Assembly: GCA_964016885.1 (NCBI GenBank)
Contig: OZ024742.1
Coordinates: 356,314,001-356,378,000, forward strand
Length of the DNA: 64,000 nt
Source of the DNA: Eledone cirrhosa
Lineage: Eukaryota
Reading direction: 5' to 3'
Shown here one piece after another: positions 39,660 to 53,584 of this stretch; position 1 is the first letter of the stretch, and every line of letters begins with the position of its first letter. The position numbers and the translations under genes are program-made. The notes below the pieces were generated by a model, which worked only from the letters and a program-made list of their open reading frames with translations, was not told where the DNA came from and did not search any database.

Positions 39660-39875
39660 TAATTGTTTCTACTTTAAGCACAAGGCCAGCAATTACCCAG
39701 TACATTACTGGTACTTTATTTTATCGACCCCGTAAGGATGAAAGGCAAAGTCAACCTCGGTCAGTGGAATGGCAGTAACGGTAGAGGGTCAGACGCCATG
39801 ATTTCCAGCATAGAGTTACAGCCTTTACGTTCTGAGTTCAAATCCCACTGAGGTTAACTTTGCCTTTTATCCTTA
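39660..39875. mobile_element. Deu/Nin SINE with internal inversion (3' half minus, 5' half plus)
   Basis: 39660-39760 is the minus-strand 3' half; 39764-39875 is the plus-strand 5' half; the two overlap in the GAGGTTnACTTTGCCTTT segment. Confidence 0.8.
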
Positions 39876-39984
39876 TATGTCCTCTGGTGGAAAAGTCCTG
39901 AACAGCATTGGGCTTGGCAGATTTTAATGAGAAAGGACGGCAATGTGTTCAACTGCAGTGAAACTACATCTAGCCAAGCTTTGT

Positions 39985-40200
39985 AACTGAACTCTTGTGG
40001 GTATTTTGGGGGTATTTTTTGTGTCGCAAGTATGATCACCTTACATGCGAGACTGGGTGCTTTTTGTCATAGCACCATCATAACCACCTTACAGAGTTGA
40101 CTGGGTGCTATTTTTCATAGCATCAAAGCAACTCCCTTACAAAGTGGACTTGGTGTTTTTGTAGGGTGACCAAAATTATGGGAGAGAAAGTGTGGAGTGT
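39985..40200 (-). repeat. Degenerate ~44-bp tandem units of the RTE-UTR-derived family
   Basis: GACTGGGTGCT.TTT units ending in GTGACCAA..TATGGGA.AGAAAGTGTGGAGTGT, as at 56042-56076. Confidence 0.6.
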
Positions 40201-41900
40201 AAATAACAACATTAAAAATAGAGTTATGTATGGATGCCAGAAAGTGTTTAATCTTTACAGCCTACAATATCTAATACAATACAAGGCTTAATTATGACTT
40301 ATATAACAATAAATATATGAAATGTGTTTAACCAGAAATCAAATTTGTAGATAGAAGATTGATAATTCACAAATTGAAAGTGTCATTAGGGTGTCAGATT
40401 AGAAATGCCTCTGTATTTGTTCTGGATTATTGTGCTCTGAGGCTAAATCCAAATATGGGTGATAAATAAATTACAAGTCTAGTACTGGGGTCACTTTTCT
40501 CTTTTTCTGGAAGAAATTAGCTGTTCTAGCCTGGCTAGTGACAGGTTCTATCAAGTTTATAAATGTCCAAGACATGCCATGTGTCATGATAGCACCCCTA
40601 CGACTCCATCAGGAGTTAAGGATCCTTTATCTTTACCTGGGAATATCTTTTGTATAGAAAAGTTTAGATGATGAGAGATATGCATGCATTTAAAAGAAAA
40701 TACATTTGAGTGAAATGAAACATTTGGTACGACAGATATTAAATAAACTGAAGCTGGTATAAGAATCCAGACATGTACAGGGGAAGAATTATGTAATTGC
40801 TTATGGTTTGATTGTTAATCAGTATATTTTTCTTGGAAAGAGGTTTAGTTCAGAGACTGCTTGCTAGTAACTATTTTGGTGACTGTAGTTTTGTTGTTCA
40901 AATTCAATGTTTCATATCTGGCATGAAATATCGATATGTAGCCTGGCAAGGAATCATAATTTGTGGAATGGCTGAAATCTGGTTGATATAGCAGTTTAAC
41001 AGGTTATATTTAATTCTAATATAACAAATATTTAGATAACTGATCATCAACATCTCTGGAAAATGTTGAAAATAAACCAAATTTCAGAACCCTTAAAGGG
41101 TCAGCAACACAAATATAATAATCTGGTTATTAATAATAAATAAATCAATGATTCAAACAGACAAAAATAGTAGAGTTATGTATGGATGCCAGAAAAATGT
41201 GATGAAGTTTATAAAAATAGATTAACTCATTTTTTTTCTCCCAATCAGCAGAAAATCATTAGTGAGATTAAGATGTTCACTTCGCCACCATGGGGTTTAA
41301 GTTAGATGTCACTGTGTAGCACCCAAGGAAAATGTCTTCTCCAGGAGTCTTGGGCTCACCAACACATTGTAAGGGGAACTTAAGAGACAGGAATTTTTGG
41401 AAAGTTCTTTCTATATAAAAATATTTATGTGTTTATGTATACATATGCAAATTTTAAAACGCGTAACTATCAATTATATTCTGTATACCATTATACTTTT
41501 AGCAATATTAACTATGGAATGAATCAAAAAAACATATTTGAAATCTATAACACAATAAAGCAAAGTTGTGTGTTACACATTAAACAACCTCAACTAGGTA
41601 TGACATTGTAGACATAATCAAACTTTATAACATAATGACAAAAGTTTGATATTACTCTTTTAGCTGAAGAATGAAATACAAAACTGAAAATCTGTAACAC
41701 TGAAACTTGTTTGGATGTTATGCCTTAAAGAGCCTTAATTATGAAATGAAATTGAAGACAATATAAAACTCTAAAAAAATTATGAAACCATGTAAATTTA
41801 GGCATCAAAATATAAATAAAAATATTTCTAAAGCATGGTATTTCCACTTGTCTATTTTGAGATAATAATAAAAAAATGTTCGCTCTGCATGGCTGAATAC

Positions 41901-42080
41901 AATAAATGTAATCTGAGTTTTTCGAATATTAATAATAAAATTTGATTCGTTTGCAATTATGCATACATGCCAACACAAGAGCAAGAATAAAGGGTTCATT
42001 CTACTGATGAGGCATGTTTGCATAATTGCAAACGAATCGAATGTTATTATTAATATTCAAAAACTCAGATTACATTTATT
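41901..42080. repeat. 70-bp inverted repeat with a 39-bp spacer ending in CTGATGA
   Basis: Arms 41901-41971 / 42011-42080 with few mismatches. Confidence 0.88.
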
Positions 42081-42999
42081 TTGAGTTATCATTTCGCTGT
42101 TTCTACAAAGTCATCTACTCCTATCGGTTTATTTTGCCATGAGATGCTACAGGCCATGACGGCGACTCTCTCTCTATGATGGCTACCCTCTCTCTATCTA
42201 TCGCTAAGCCACCTATTACCTCCCTTTCCTTCTCACCCATTCCTTCCTCACTCATTGTGAAGTTCTTGAAGAGATAAGACACACTTGGCTCTGAAAGGCT
42301 GAAATGAATCACTAGAGCTGATTAACCACGTCCCAGCCATCCAACCATATAATCTTCCAGGTATCCCTCTATTTCCCAATTGCAGATGTTCCACTCACAC
42401 AATTATTGCTGTATTTATCACTTCACTAGCTTCCACAGCATATTTATTTTTACCCTCATTTTCTCTCCCATGCTGCCTCTCTACGAAGTCATCTACTCTC
42501 TTCCTCTCTCTTACACTATTATTAGTGTTGTTGTATTTATCAGTTTGCTGTCTCTACGAAGTCATCTACTCCTATCGGTTTATTTTGCAATCAGATGCTA
42601 CAGGCCATGATGGCTACCTACATCACAATTTCCCTCCCGCCCACCCCCTCACAGCACCATAGCCTATTCGACCAATCAAACCTGAGCATGTCCCCCTCAC
42701 CCATTACCAACCCCAACAAACCCTGCCATTTCTACTACTACCTACCTCTCTCCTCACCCGTCCCAGCCCCAACATACCCTGCGATTATTACCATCACCAC
42801 TCTTCTTCTAGCCCTGAATTTTCCTACCGTTATTTATGGATGAGCTGAGAATAAATGGAGCAACCCTGAATTAATAAATGAAAATGAATATGAATTCGCG
42901 AGCTACCAAGCACCCATGTGAAGCTTCAATTCAGAGACAGGAAGCACACGCTCAGCCCTGAAAAAATAGACCCTTCCCCACGAATGTTGACAAATGCCC

Positions 43000-45900
43000 A
43001 AAACTCTGAGTTGGTACCATCAATGTAAGCACAATGAAAGAAAGAGCAGGAGAAATCGTAGAGATGCTAGAGTGAAAGGAAATTGATGTATGCTGTGTGC
43101 AAGAGACTAGATGGAGAGGAGAGTCTGCTAGAGTCCTTGTAGGAAAAAGTCAGTGCTACAAATTTTTCTGGGTGGGAAATGAATGTGGGTTGGGTGGTGT
43201 AGGTATTCTACTAGCTGACAAGTGGGATAAAGTAATCTCAGTGAACAGGGTGAATGCAAGAATCATTAAACTCAGACTAGTCCTGAATAAAACAATTACC
43301 ACAATAATATCAGCTTATACACACCAATCGGGGTTGCCAGACGAACTTAAGGATAGGTTTTACGAGTCCCTAATGCACACTACTGCTCTAACAAACGACA
43401 ATGACTTCCTAATCATTGCAAGAGATTTTAACGGACACGTAGGTAAACACTGTGACGGCTTCAATAGAGTCCATGGAGGACATGGGGTTGGCGCAAGAAA
43501 TGAAGAAGGGTTCAAGCTTCTAGAATTCTGCGACGCCAATGACATGTCGATATATAACACAAACTTCAAAAAACCCAAGAGCCACCTGATCACCTATAGA
43601 TCAGGGGAGCATTCTAGTCAGATAGATTTTATGCTCATCAGAGGACATGACAGATGGACGGTCGTAAACACAAAAGCCTTCCCTAGTGAGGAATGTACCT
43701 CCCAACATAGTTTAGTAGTCAGCGACCGGACAGTCAGAACTAGGCCAACCTGGATAAGAAAGATCTGGAAGCTGAAAGACCCCTCAGCCAGTAATAGATT
43801 TAAAGATATTTTACTCAACAGTAAAGAAGAACAGATAGAGACATTCAATGTAGAAGAGCACTGGGAGTTCCCCAAAAATAACTTACTAAAGGTGACGGAT
43901 GAGATCTGTGACTGGAGTAAGACCACAGGCAGGAGGAGAGTGACTTGGTGGTGGAACAATAAGGTAGATGAGGCAGTTAAGGCCAAGAGACAGGCATGGA
44001 AAGAATGGAAGAACCGGGGAAGCAGGGTACATTACATAGAGACCAGGAGGGAAGCTAGGCGACAAGTATACTTAGCTAGGAGGGAAGCAGAGGATAGTTA
44101 ATTCAAGCATGTTTTGCAACGTGAGGACCAGAAACAAAAGGTGTTCAAGATTGCGAGGCAGTGTGACAGAGAGAATTGTGATGTCATTGGAGAGAAGTGT
44201 ATCCAGAATGATAAAGGTGAGCTTGCCCTCACAAGTGCTGAGAAGAAAGATGCGTGGAAGAGCCATTATGATAGATTACTAAATGAGGAGAATGCATGGG
44301 AAGAAGTGACCCTACCCCAAGTAGACCCTATAGGGGGGCCAGCAGTACAAGTCAGCAGGAGTGTAGTAAGTAAGGCAATCAAAGATATGAAGATGGGGAA
44401 GGCAACCAGTTCATCAGGTATAGCTGCCGAGATGCTGAAGGCATCTGGGTCGGTAGGTCACACTATAACCACACGTATTGTTAACCAGGTAATACTAGAA
44501 GGTGTCATACCAAAGGATGGGTGCAGTAGCATCATTCTCAACTGCTACAAAGTTAAAGGTGATGCACTAGATAGAGGAAACTATAGAGGTATAAAGCTGA
44601 TGGACCAGGTCATGAAAGTAACAGAAAGAGTTATAGCACAGTTGATTAGGGACCGGGTGAAACTAGATGAGATGCAATTTGGGTTTGTACCATGAAGAAG
44701 CACCACTGATGCCCTCTTCCTTGTGAGGCAGTTACAGGAAAAGTACCTAGCAAAAAGTAAGCCACTCTACCTGGCATTCGTCGATCTCGAGAAAGCCTTT
44801 GACAGAGTTCCATGTGCTGTAATCTGGTAGGCTCTTAGAAAACTAGGAATAGATGAATGGCTTGTGAAAGCTGTACAAGCCATGTATAGGGGAGCAGTCA
44901 GCAAAGTTGGGATTAGTAATGAGTATAGCGAGGAATTTAGCGTACAGGTCGGTGTCCACCAGGACTCTGTTCTTAGCCCTCTCCTGTTCATCATAGTCCT
45001 GCAGCCAATAACGTAGGAGATTAAGACTGGATGCCCATGAAAACTCCTGTATGCAGATAACCTCGCATTTATAGTTGAATATATGGTAGAACTAAAGAAG
45101 AAATTCCCAACTTTGAAGCAGGGACTAGAAAGAAAGGGTCTCAAAGTCAACCTGACAAAGACCAAGGTCCTTGTAAGTAGACGAGAAAACAGAACCCAGA
45201 TACCCTCAGGTAAATGGCCTTGCTCAGTATGTAGGAAAGGTGTAGCTAGGATCTCCATTCTCTGCCCCAAATGCAAACAATGGGTACTCAAGAGATGTAG
45301 CGGGATCTCAGGGAGCTTAATTAAGAATGTAGGCTTCACATGTAGCAGCTGTGCTGGGACAGCAAGCAGCAAACAGCCACAGGAAACAAGTACCACCAAT
45401 CTCTGGGAGGGCTCTGTAGAAACAGTAGACAGCTTCTGCTACCTAGGTGACCAAATTAGCAGTGGAGGTGGGTGTTCAGAAAGTACAATAACTAGGGTAA
45501 GAACGGGATGGAAGAATTTCAGGGAGCTACTGCCACTGCTAGCTGCAAAAGGCTTTTCTCTCAAAATGAAAGGCAGACTGTATGATGTGTGTATACGAAC
45601 AGCAATGTTACATGGTAGTGAGACCTGGGCGCTGAAGGTGGAAGACTTACGTAGATTAGAGAGAAACGAAGCCTGTATGCTCCGATGGATGTGTAATAGT
45701 AATATACGTGAACGGCAAAGTATAAATGAATTGAGAGAGAGACTGAGCATAAGAAGAATCAAATGCTGTGTGCAGGAGAGGATGTCGTATTGGTATGGAC
45801 ATGTGATGCGTATGAAGGATGACAGCTGCATAAAAAGGTGCAGAGCACTAGAAGTCAATGGAAACCACAGAGTGGGGAGATTCAAGAAGACCTGGGATGA

Positions 45901-46306
45901 GGTGATCAAAGCCGACCTTACCCAATTACACCTCTCAGAGGTGATGACACACGACTGTGACCTCTGGCATCACGCAGTAATACAGAAGACCCAACCTCCC
46001 ACGGGTACAAGCCGAAGCTGAAGCATATAGACAATATGCCCCACACCCTCCCACTGCAAAGTGGTTGTGGAGGTGCCACAGCAAAAAAGCACCCGGCCCA
46101 CACTGTAAAGTGGACGTGTAGGCGCCACGGAAAAAAAGCACCCAGCACTCACTGTAAATGAGAGCATCCAGCTGTAGAAATCAAGCCAGAATCAGTTCCT
46201 GTATGAGCATGACAAGGTCAGCCGACCAGACACTGCCCACAACAGGACAACCTGTCTAACCCATGTTAGCGTGGAAGAACGGACATAAAACGGTGATGAT
46301 GATGAT
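43000..46306 (+). mobile_element. Degenerate RTE LINE with a near-complete coding region (copy 2)
   Basis: VGTINV..CVQETRW, ARDFNGH, QFGFVP*, FVDLEKAFD, YADN, PHD-like finger, WYGHVMRM; several nonsense codons; (GAT)n tail. Confidence 0.95.
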
Positions 46307-47186
46307 AGATTTGACCATTTGTCTTGAGTTGGGACACAGCAAATTACTGATATACAAGCCTCCAGTATCACAGCTGTTTGTTCTGTGCCCTGCCAACTAA
46401 ATCAATTCTCTCTCCCGGATACCCCTATTCTGTGATTTAAGCACATTTAAAAACATTTCTGAACCTAGACCATACATTTGCTCCTAAACTTCCCTAATAA
46501 ACTACAGTTACTTCACTCAATCATACAAATTCAATTTGAAACTTGTAAACTGAAACCATATGTATCTTTTACCAGAATTAATAATATACCCATTTCTATA
46601 TTTATTTGTTTAAAACAAGTTATATACAATATATCACAACTGACACAAGTTTGATCATAACTCAGTAATTGATGATTTGAAAAAGAAAAAAGTTTTGGCA
46701 GATCTTCAGCTCTGATTATGTTCTAAATTAAAAACAAAAAAGAATACTCTGAAAACAAATTTTATTTTTCATCCTTTTTTACTGAACTGCAGATCATTTT
46801 TTTAAAATAACAATTTTTCATTATTTTATAGGTTTTTATTCGTTTTAGACCAGACAATTCAATTTAAAAATAAAGAAGAGAAATTGCTTACAATTTATAT
46901 ATTTCTTACTGCCTCATAAACGGAGAAGATAAACAATTCTGACAATAATTCCTAAATGGTACCAAATCACAGAGTCTCTTGAGAGTTGAAATGTAATCCA
47001 AAGAGATTCTATACTTACTTCTAAAAAAACAATAAGATTCTGTGCCACTCACCACTATATACGTAATTATGTAGTTCAGGTTTGTGCCATGGCAGAGATC
47101 ACTGATGCTCCCATCCTAGTCAGACATCAAAGGTCATGCTGTTTTATTTAATATTCATTGATCTCAGGGAACCTCTTTGACAGAAG

Positions 47187-47502
47187 CACGGCTGGATTTA
47201 GACCTAGGGAAGCCTGGGGTACTTCAGATATGGGGGTCTACTCAGAACCCAAAAATTAGAATACACAGCAAATTCTCCAATTTTACATATCAAAGTTAAC
47301 TTGACGCAAGTGATTGGAATTGAAAAGTTATACACACAGGTATTAAATTAAAATATTTTGACTATCCTAAAACTAAAAAGCCCAGTTGAGAACACAAATA
47401 AATTCTTATGGTCTTATGGCCTGGTGACCCCCCCCCCCCTGCATCCCTATAGGGGGCCCAGGGCAATTGTGCCATTTGTACCACCCATTAAATCTGGCCC
47501 CG
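47187..47502. mobile_element. MITE with CAGGGCCGGATTTA-like TIRs
   Basis: CACGGCTGGATTTA ... TAAATCTGGCCCCG; no clear TSD. Confidence 0.55.
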
Positions 47503-48117
47503 ATTCAAAAGTATTAATAATTGTTTCTACTTTTTGGCACAAGGCCAGCAATTACCCAGTGCATTACTGGTACTTTATATTCAAAGGTATTAATAATGAA
47601 ATATCACCACCAAAGCAAAGCTATTTGATATGGGAAGACTCACAATACTCAGAAAAGAAACATAGTATTAAGCAACATATTTTTACAAATGTTCTTTATA
47701 GCTTTCAGAAACTTCTAGCTGCCTAACAACTTCCCCCTTTTGATTGTTTTTTTTTAGATGCCTACTAAGGAAAAACCCTTTTATCGTGAAGTATGTGGGA
47801 AATATTTTGCCTATATTAGTGTCTTCAAAACAAAAATAAATGTGTATCATTGGAACATTCCTAGCAAGGACTGATCATAATAGAATCAAATTCCCATTGT
47901 CACTGTTTTTGTCTTCCTTGCTTTCCCCATTTCTCAGTATTATAAGAAAATTAAGGGGCACAATGCACTGGCCGCCCTGCAGCCCTGGTGGACAGAGTAG
48001 AGAAGGCATTTCCCTGGAAGATGATGAGGGAGTTGCGTTGGTTTTCAATTTTTTCTTTATTCTTTGAATACATATTTTGCCTCCCATTGGCCTTCCTTAC
48101 ACTCATATCATGACTCA

Positions 48118-48225
48118 TGCACTATTCACTTCCTTGATATTTGTATATTATTCTATGTACTATACATGCACCCTTTATGAGTTGTAGTGCACCTGAGCAC
48201 TGTAGACAATAATTTCATTATTATT
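48118..48225 (+). mobile_element. CR1-like LINE 3' terminus
   Basis: Matches the 3' UTR of 28045-28648. Confidence 0.75.
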
Positions 48226-48326
48226 TTATTTTCATATTCACTTATCTCTGCTTATCTTAATTTGTTTCTCAACTCTAAGAAGTACTCGATACTTCCCTTA
48301 GTCTGTCATGGCTTACTAGCTCTATA

Positions 48327-48465
48327 CGGGGCCCAGATTTATTGAGGGGGGGGGGCTATTATATGACAAATTTGGAAGTTTGTTGTGTATTCTAATTTTT
48401 TTGTGTAAGAGGTGACCTCAAACCTACAGTACCCCCGGGCCCTCCAATCTCTAAATCTAACCCTA
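48327..48465. mobile_element. hAT-like MITE with 8-bp TSD
   Basis: TIRs CGGGGCCCAGATTTA / TAAATCTAACCCTA; flanks GCTCTATA / GCTCTATG. Confidence 0.65.
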
Positions 48466-48504
48466 GCTCTATGCAGAAGTTTAAACTGAATAAATAAATA
48501 GATA

Positions 48505-48693
48505 GTAATAATTGTTTCTACTTTAGGCACAAGGCCAGCAATTAACCAGTGCATTACTGGTACTTTATTTTATCGACCCCGTAAGGATGAAAGGCAAAGT
48601 CAACCTCAACGGGATTTGAACTCAAACCGTAAAGGGATGTAACTATGCTAGAAAGCATGGCATCCGACCCTCTACCGATAATGCCGATTCACC
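48505..48693 (-). mobile_element. Deu/Nin-domain SINE
   Basis: Family match. Confidence 0.87.
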
Positions 48694-48971
48694 AGTGACA
48701 GGAGATAAATGAGAGACTGTCAGAAAATGTAAGAAATTATTGCTACTAATAAAAACGGTAACACTAATCTTAATTGCTAGTTACAAGGAGACTTTTCATT
48801 CACTTAATGAATGTTGATTCTTGTCTTAACAAATGAATGACATTTTATTTCACTTGTAGCAAATATATATAGTACTAATAAATATAAATACCAAAATCCG
48901 AAGAGGAGTGTATATATATTAATAAGTTATATATAGACCCATAGAGCAAATATTTATTATTATTATGATTA

Positions 48972-49138
48972 GTGGTGGATTGGCAGTATCGGTAGAGGGT
49001 TGGACGCCATGCATTGATGAGTTCAAATCCCGCTGAGGCTAACTTTGCCTTTCATCCCTACGGAGGTTGATCAAATAAAGTACCAGTAATGTACTGAGTA
49101 ATTGCTGGCCTTGTGCTAAAAGTAGAAACAATTATTAT
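48972..49138 (+). mobile_element. Deu/Nin-domain SINE (internal deletion)
   Basis: Family match. Confidence 0.85.
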
Positions 49139-49375
49139 TAGCACACACACACATATATATATATATAGAGAGAGAGAGTTAGGTCTACAACAAATTAGCA
49201 ACCATATTTCTATTCTCACGGCAGCCATACATGGGTTGAAAATCCATCCAGTGAAACACGTATCCTCAAATGTGGTTTAATTTGTTGTGGAACTAACTCT
49301 ATAGTGAACCTTCGGACAGAGTGCTCTACCATCTACTGATATAACCTCCCACAATTTTACCACTATGTATATATA

Positions 49376-49568
49376 ATAATGGTTTCTTATATAGGCACAA
49401 GGCCAGCAATTAGCCAGTGTATTACTGGTACTTTATTTTATCGACCCTGTAAGGATGAAAGGCAAAGTTAACCTTAGCAGGATTTGAACTCAAACCGACC
49501 ATAAATGGCTGTAACTCTATGCTGGAAAGTGTGGCATCTGACCCTCTACCGATACTGCCAATCCACCA
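49376..49568 (-). mobile_element. Deu/Nin-domain SINE
   Basis: Family match. Confidence 0.87.
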
Positions 49569-49886
49569 ATAATATATAATTATAATAATTATGGTACCAG
49601 TAATAACTAGGTAAGAAGAATTGGTCAGAAGGAGAAATTTATTGAGAGGTCATTCTTTAACATATGTTTCTGTACAAAAACAGCCGGCATGCTCTGACTG
49701 CATCGTTTTATGCTCAATCGTATGCATTATATAAATAAATTATTGCACTTCATGAGAAAGAGATTAAAAGGGGGGAAGGAAGGAAGAGAAAAAGTGTCAT
49801 AGTCCAAGGCAAGGATGTCATATTTATGCAATAAACATTACTTCCAGTTAACTGATCCAAGATACAAAACACTATATATATGTATA

Positions 49887-50071
49887 AATAATTGTTTCTA
49901 CTTTAGGCACAAGGCCAGCAATTACCCAGTACATTACTAGTACTTTATTTTATCGACCCCGTAAGGATGAAAGGCAAAGTTAACCTCGGCGGGATTTGAA
50001 CTCAGACTGGAAAGGACGTAACTATGCTAGAACGCATGGCGTCCAACCCTCTACCGATACTGCCAATTCAC
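49887..50071 (-). mobile_element. Deu/Nin-domain SINE
   Basis: Family match. Confidence 0.87.
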
Positions 50072-50760
50072 ATATAACGTGTGTGATGCTGAAATGTGCT
50101 AGCCAGCTCATGTAAACATTAAAGTACATATAAAGACTAATCATAGTAGAAATTTATGGGTCTTCTTCCCTGTTTAAGGTCAATTCAGAGTCAATTACTT
50201 GACTTTTACTAACCAGATGCATTGATTAATTAGCGATTAATATTTCTAATAAGATAATGAATCTAGTAAAATGTGTTTATGACATCACCAGCAGCTAAAT
50301 CAAACAATAACAACACTTGTCAATTTTATAGTTAAATGAAAAAACTAAGTTGTCTCTGATCGAGATGAAGCGAGAGTGTATTTGAATACATACAAAAACT
50401 GATCGCTAGAACAGCCGTTAAAACAGCTGCTGTCAAATACAGTGATGGGCAAAAATGTGTCAGAGGACAGAGACCAGCAGCCAGTGGTCGAAAAAGAGAC
50501 AATTCACAAGGTGGGTGACAGGCAGATGAAATATAGAAAAGATTGAAAAAGAAGGAAGACAAGGAGAAGTTTGTTGGCACAAAGAAGTGACTGGAAGAAG
50601 GAAATAAAGTAAGGCGATGTACAAGACAAGTTTACACACACACACCTTCACCCTCATCAGCTCTCAAGCCAGCAAAATAGTTTTGTACAATTTAATCTTA
50701 GTGTTGCTACCATCAAAAGCAAAAGTTGTTTTTATACAAGAGGCCTACTTACTCTTAGGT

Positions 50761-50842
50761 AATAATAATAATAATGAAATTATAGTGTACAGTACTATGG
50801 TGCACCACAACTCATCAAAGGTGCATGTTTAGTACATATAAT
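50761..50842 (-). mobile_element. CR1-like LINE 3' terminus
   Basis: Matches 28045-28130. Confidence 0.7.
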
Positions 50843-50947
50843 GAGCTGTTTGAGTATTGTCATGAAATTGCCTCAACATTATCTGGCATCTATCAGCTTG
50901 GCCTCTTGCATTATAGTAGAGAAGCAGCTCTAATAAAGAATAGTCTT

Positions 50948-53371
50948 TCATCATCATCATCATCATCATCGTCGTTTAACATCCGTGTTCCATGCTTGCA
51001 TGGGTTTGGACGGGGGTTTTCCCACTTGAGGCAAGAGTGGTTATCTTGCTCGCATAGGACTATCTGGCGGGTTTTCTACTGCTGGATGCCCTTCCTAACA
51101 CCAACCACATTTACAGTGTGGGGCTGGGAGGTTTTTACCGTGTTGCCTACACGGCCACATTACAGCGTGAACTGTGTGTTTTTTTGACGTGACACCTACA
51201 TGATCTCATTTGTTTCGGCCTGGATGTTGTGGCACCAACATAACTTTACATTGAAAGGGGCGGTGTGGATGAGGTGGGGGTGGTGGGACGGGGGTGTATT
51301 TTGTTAGAGATGCCTACTGACTGTAGTAGGTTTTACTTTGTATTTAGGTAAAGCGGGTCTTCTCTATTACTGAGTACCGCCAAAGGTCTCGGTTCAGTGA
51401 CATTGTCTTGGTGAGGTGTAAGTGTGTGAGGTCGGAATTTATCAGCTCGTCCCAGGTTTTTCTGGGTCTGCCTATTCCGTGGCTACCATCTATCTTTATT
51501 GCCCTGCACTTTGTTATACAGCTATCGTCCTTCATGCGCATCACGTGACCATACCAACGTAGTCTTCTCTCGAGTAAACAACATCTGATCCCTCTTATTT
51601 CTAATTTTTTCCTTAGTTCGTTTATGCTTTGCCGTTCACGTATATTACTATTGCACATCCAGCGGAGCATGCAAGCTTCGTTTCTCTCTAGTCTGCGTAT
51701 ATCCTCTGCACACAATGCCCAGGTCTCACTGCCATGCAACATTGCTGTTCATATGCAGGCATCGTACAACCAGCCTTTCATTTTTAGGGAGAACCCTTTA
51801 GCGGCTAATAGCGGTATAAACTCTCTGAACTTTTTCCATCCAGTTCTGACTCTAGCTACTGTACTTTCAGAGCACCCTCCCCGACTGCTGATTTTGTCAC
51901 CCAGGTAACGGAAGCTGTCCACTATTTCTATAGAACCCTCTGCACAGTTGAAAGAGCTAGTATTTTGTGGGCACTTGCTGCTACTTATTGCCCCAGAGCA
52001 CCGGCCACATGTAAAATCTATGTTCTTAGTTAGCTTACCTGTGATCCCACTACATCTTTTATGCACCCATACTTTGCATTTGGGACACAAAATGGAGTTT
52101 CTACCTACGCCTTTCCTACACACTGAGCATGGCCACTTCCCGGAGGGGACCGCCGCCTTATTTTCTTTCTTACAAACTAGAACTTTAGTCTTAGCCAGGT
52201 TAATTTTAAGGCCTTTTGATTCTAGGCCGTGCTTCCACATTTGGAATTTCTTCTCTAGCTCGGACATTGATTCAGCTATGAGTGTTAGATCATCTGCGTA
52301 TAGGAGTTCCCATGGGCAGCCGGTCTTGAACTCCACTGTTATAGCCTGAAGGGCAATAATAAATAATAGGGGGCTAAGAACAGAGCCCTGATGAACACCA
52401 ACTTTTACGCTAAACTCTTCACTATATTCGTTGTTAATTCTAGCCTTGCTGACTGTTTCTTTATACATGGCTAGTATAGCTCTCACAAGCTATTCATCAA
52501 CACCTAGTTTTCTAAGAGTCCACCAGATAATGGAACGGGGGACTCTGTCGAAGGCTTTCTCCAAGTCGACAAAAGCTAAGTATAGGGGTTTACTTTTAGC
52601 TAGGTACTTCTCCTGTAGTTGTCGTACAATGAAAAGAGCGTCTGTGGTACTTTTGCCTGACACAAACCCAAACTGCATTACATCTAGATCAATTCTCTCT
52701 CTGATTAGTTGCGCTATTACTTTTTCCGTGACCTTCATGACCTGGTCGATTAATTTAATGCCTCTATAGTTACTCCTATCTAGGGCATCTCCTTTACCCT
52801 CATAACAGTTAACGATGATGCTGCTACGCCAGTCCTTTGGAACAACCCCATTCTGTATGACTTGGTTGACTATCCGGGTGACCATGGTGTGTCCCACCGT
52901 ACCAGATGCCTTCAGCATCTCGGCAACTATTTCCGAAGGCCCAGCCGCCTTACCCGTCTTCATATCTTTGATTGCCTTACTTATTATACTACCCTCGACT
53001 AACACTGCTGGTCCCTCTATTGGGTTGATGTGGGGGGAGACTGTCTTTCTCCCATTTATTCTCCTCATTTAGTAGCCTTTCATAGTGACACTTCCAAGCT
53101 ACCTTCTTATCAGCGTCAGTGATGGCAAGTACGCCGTCATCATTAAGTACACACTTCTCCCCGACAATATCACGGTTTTCCTTGACTCATTGCCTAGCAA
53201 TCCTGAACACCTCACGTTTTTGGTCCCCGCGTTGTAGAACATGCTTGAACTTTCTTTCCTCTGCTTCCCTTCTTGCGAAGTACACTTGTCTCCTAGCTTC
53301 CCTCCTGGCCACTTGATAGTCTTCTCTGCTTCCCCCATCCCGCCATACTTTCCAAGCCTGCTTTTTGGCCT
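50948..53371 (-). mobile_element. 5'-truncated RTE LINE (copy 3, sister family)
   Basis: ORF pieces 52490-53068, 51749-52486 and 51344-51742 (FVDLEKAFD, GVHQGSVLSP, YADD, PHD-like finger); (GAT)n tail at 50948. Confidence 0.95.
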
Positions 53372-53390
53372 TATATTATAATATAACACA

Positions 53391-53584
53391 GGGTGGTGGA
53401 TTGGCAGTATTGGTAGAGGTTCTGACACCATGTTTGCAGCAAAGAGTTACGGCCCTTTATAGTCTGAGTTCAAATCCTTCTGAAGTTAACGTTGCCTTTC
53501 ATCCTTATGGGGTTGATAAAATAAAGCACCAGTAATACACTGGGATAATTGCTGGCCCTGTGTCAAAAGTAGAAACAATTATTA
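53391..53584 (+). mobile_element. Deu/Nin-domain SINE
   Basis: Family match. Confidence 0.86.
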
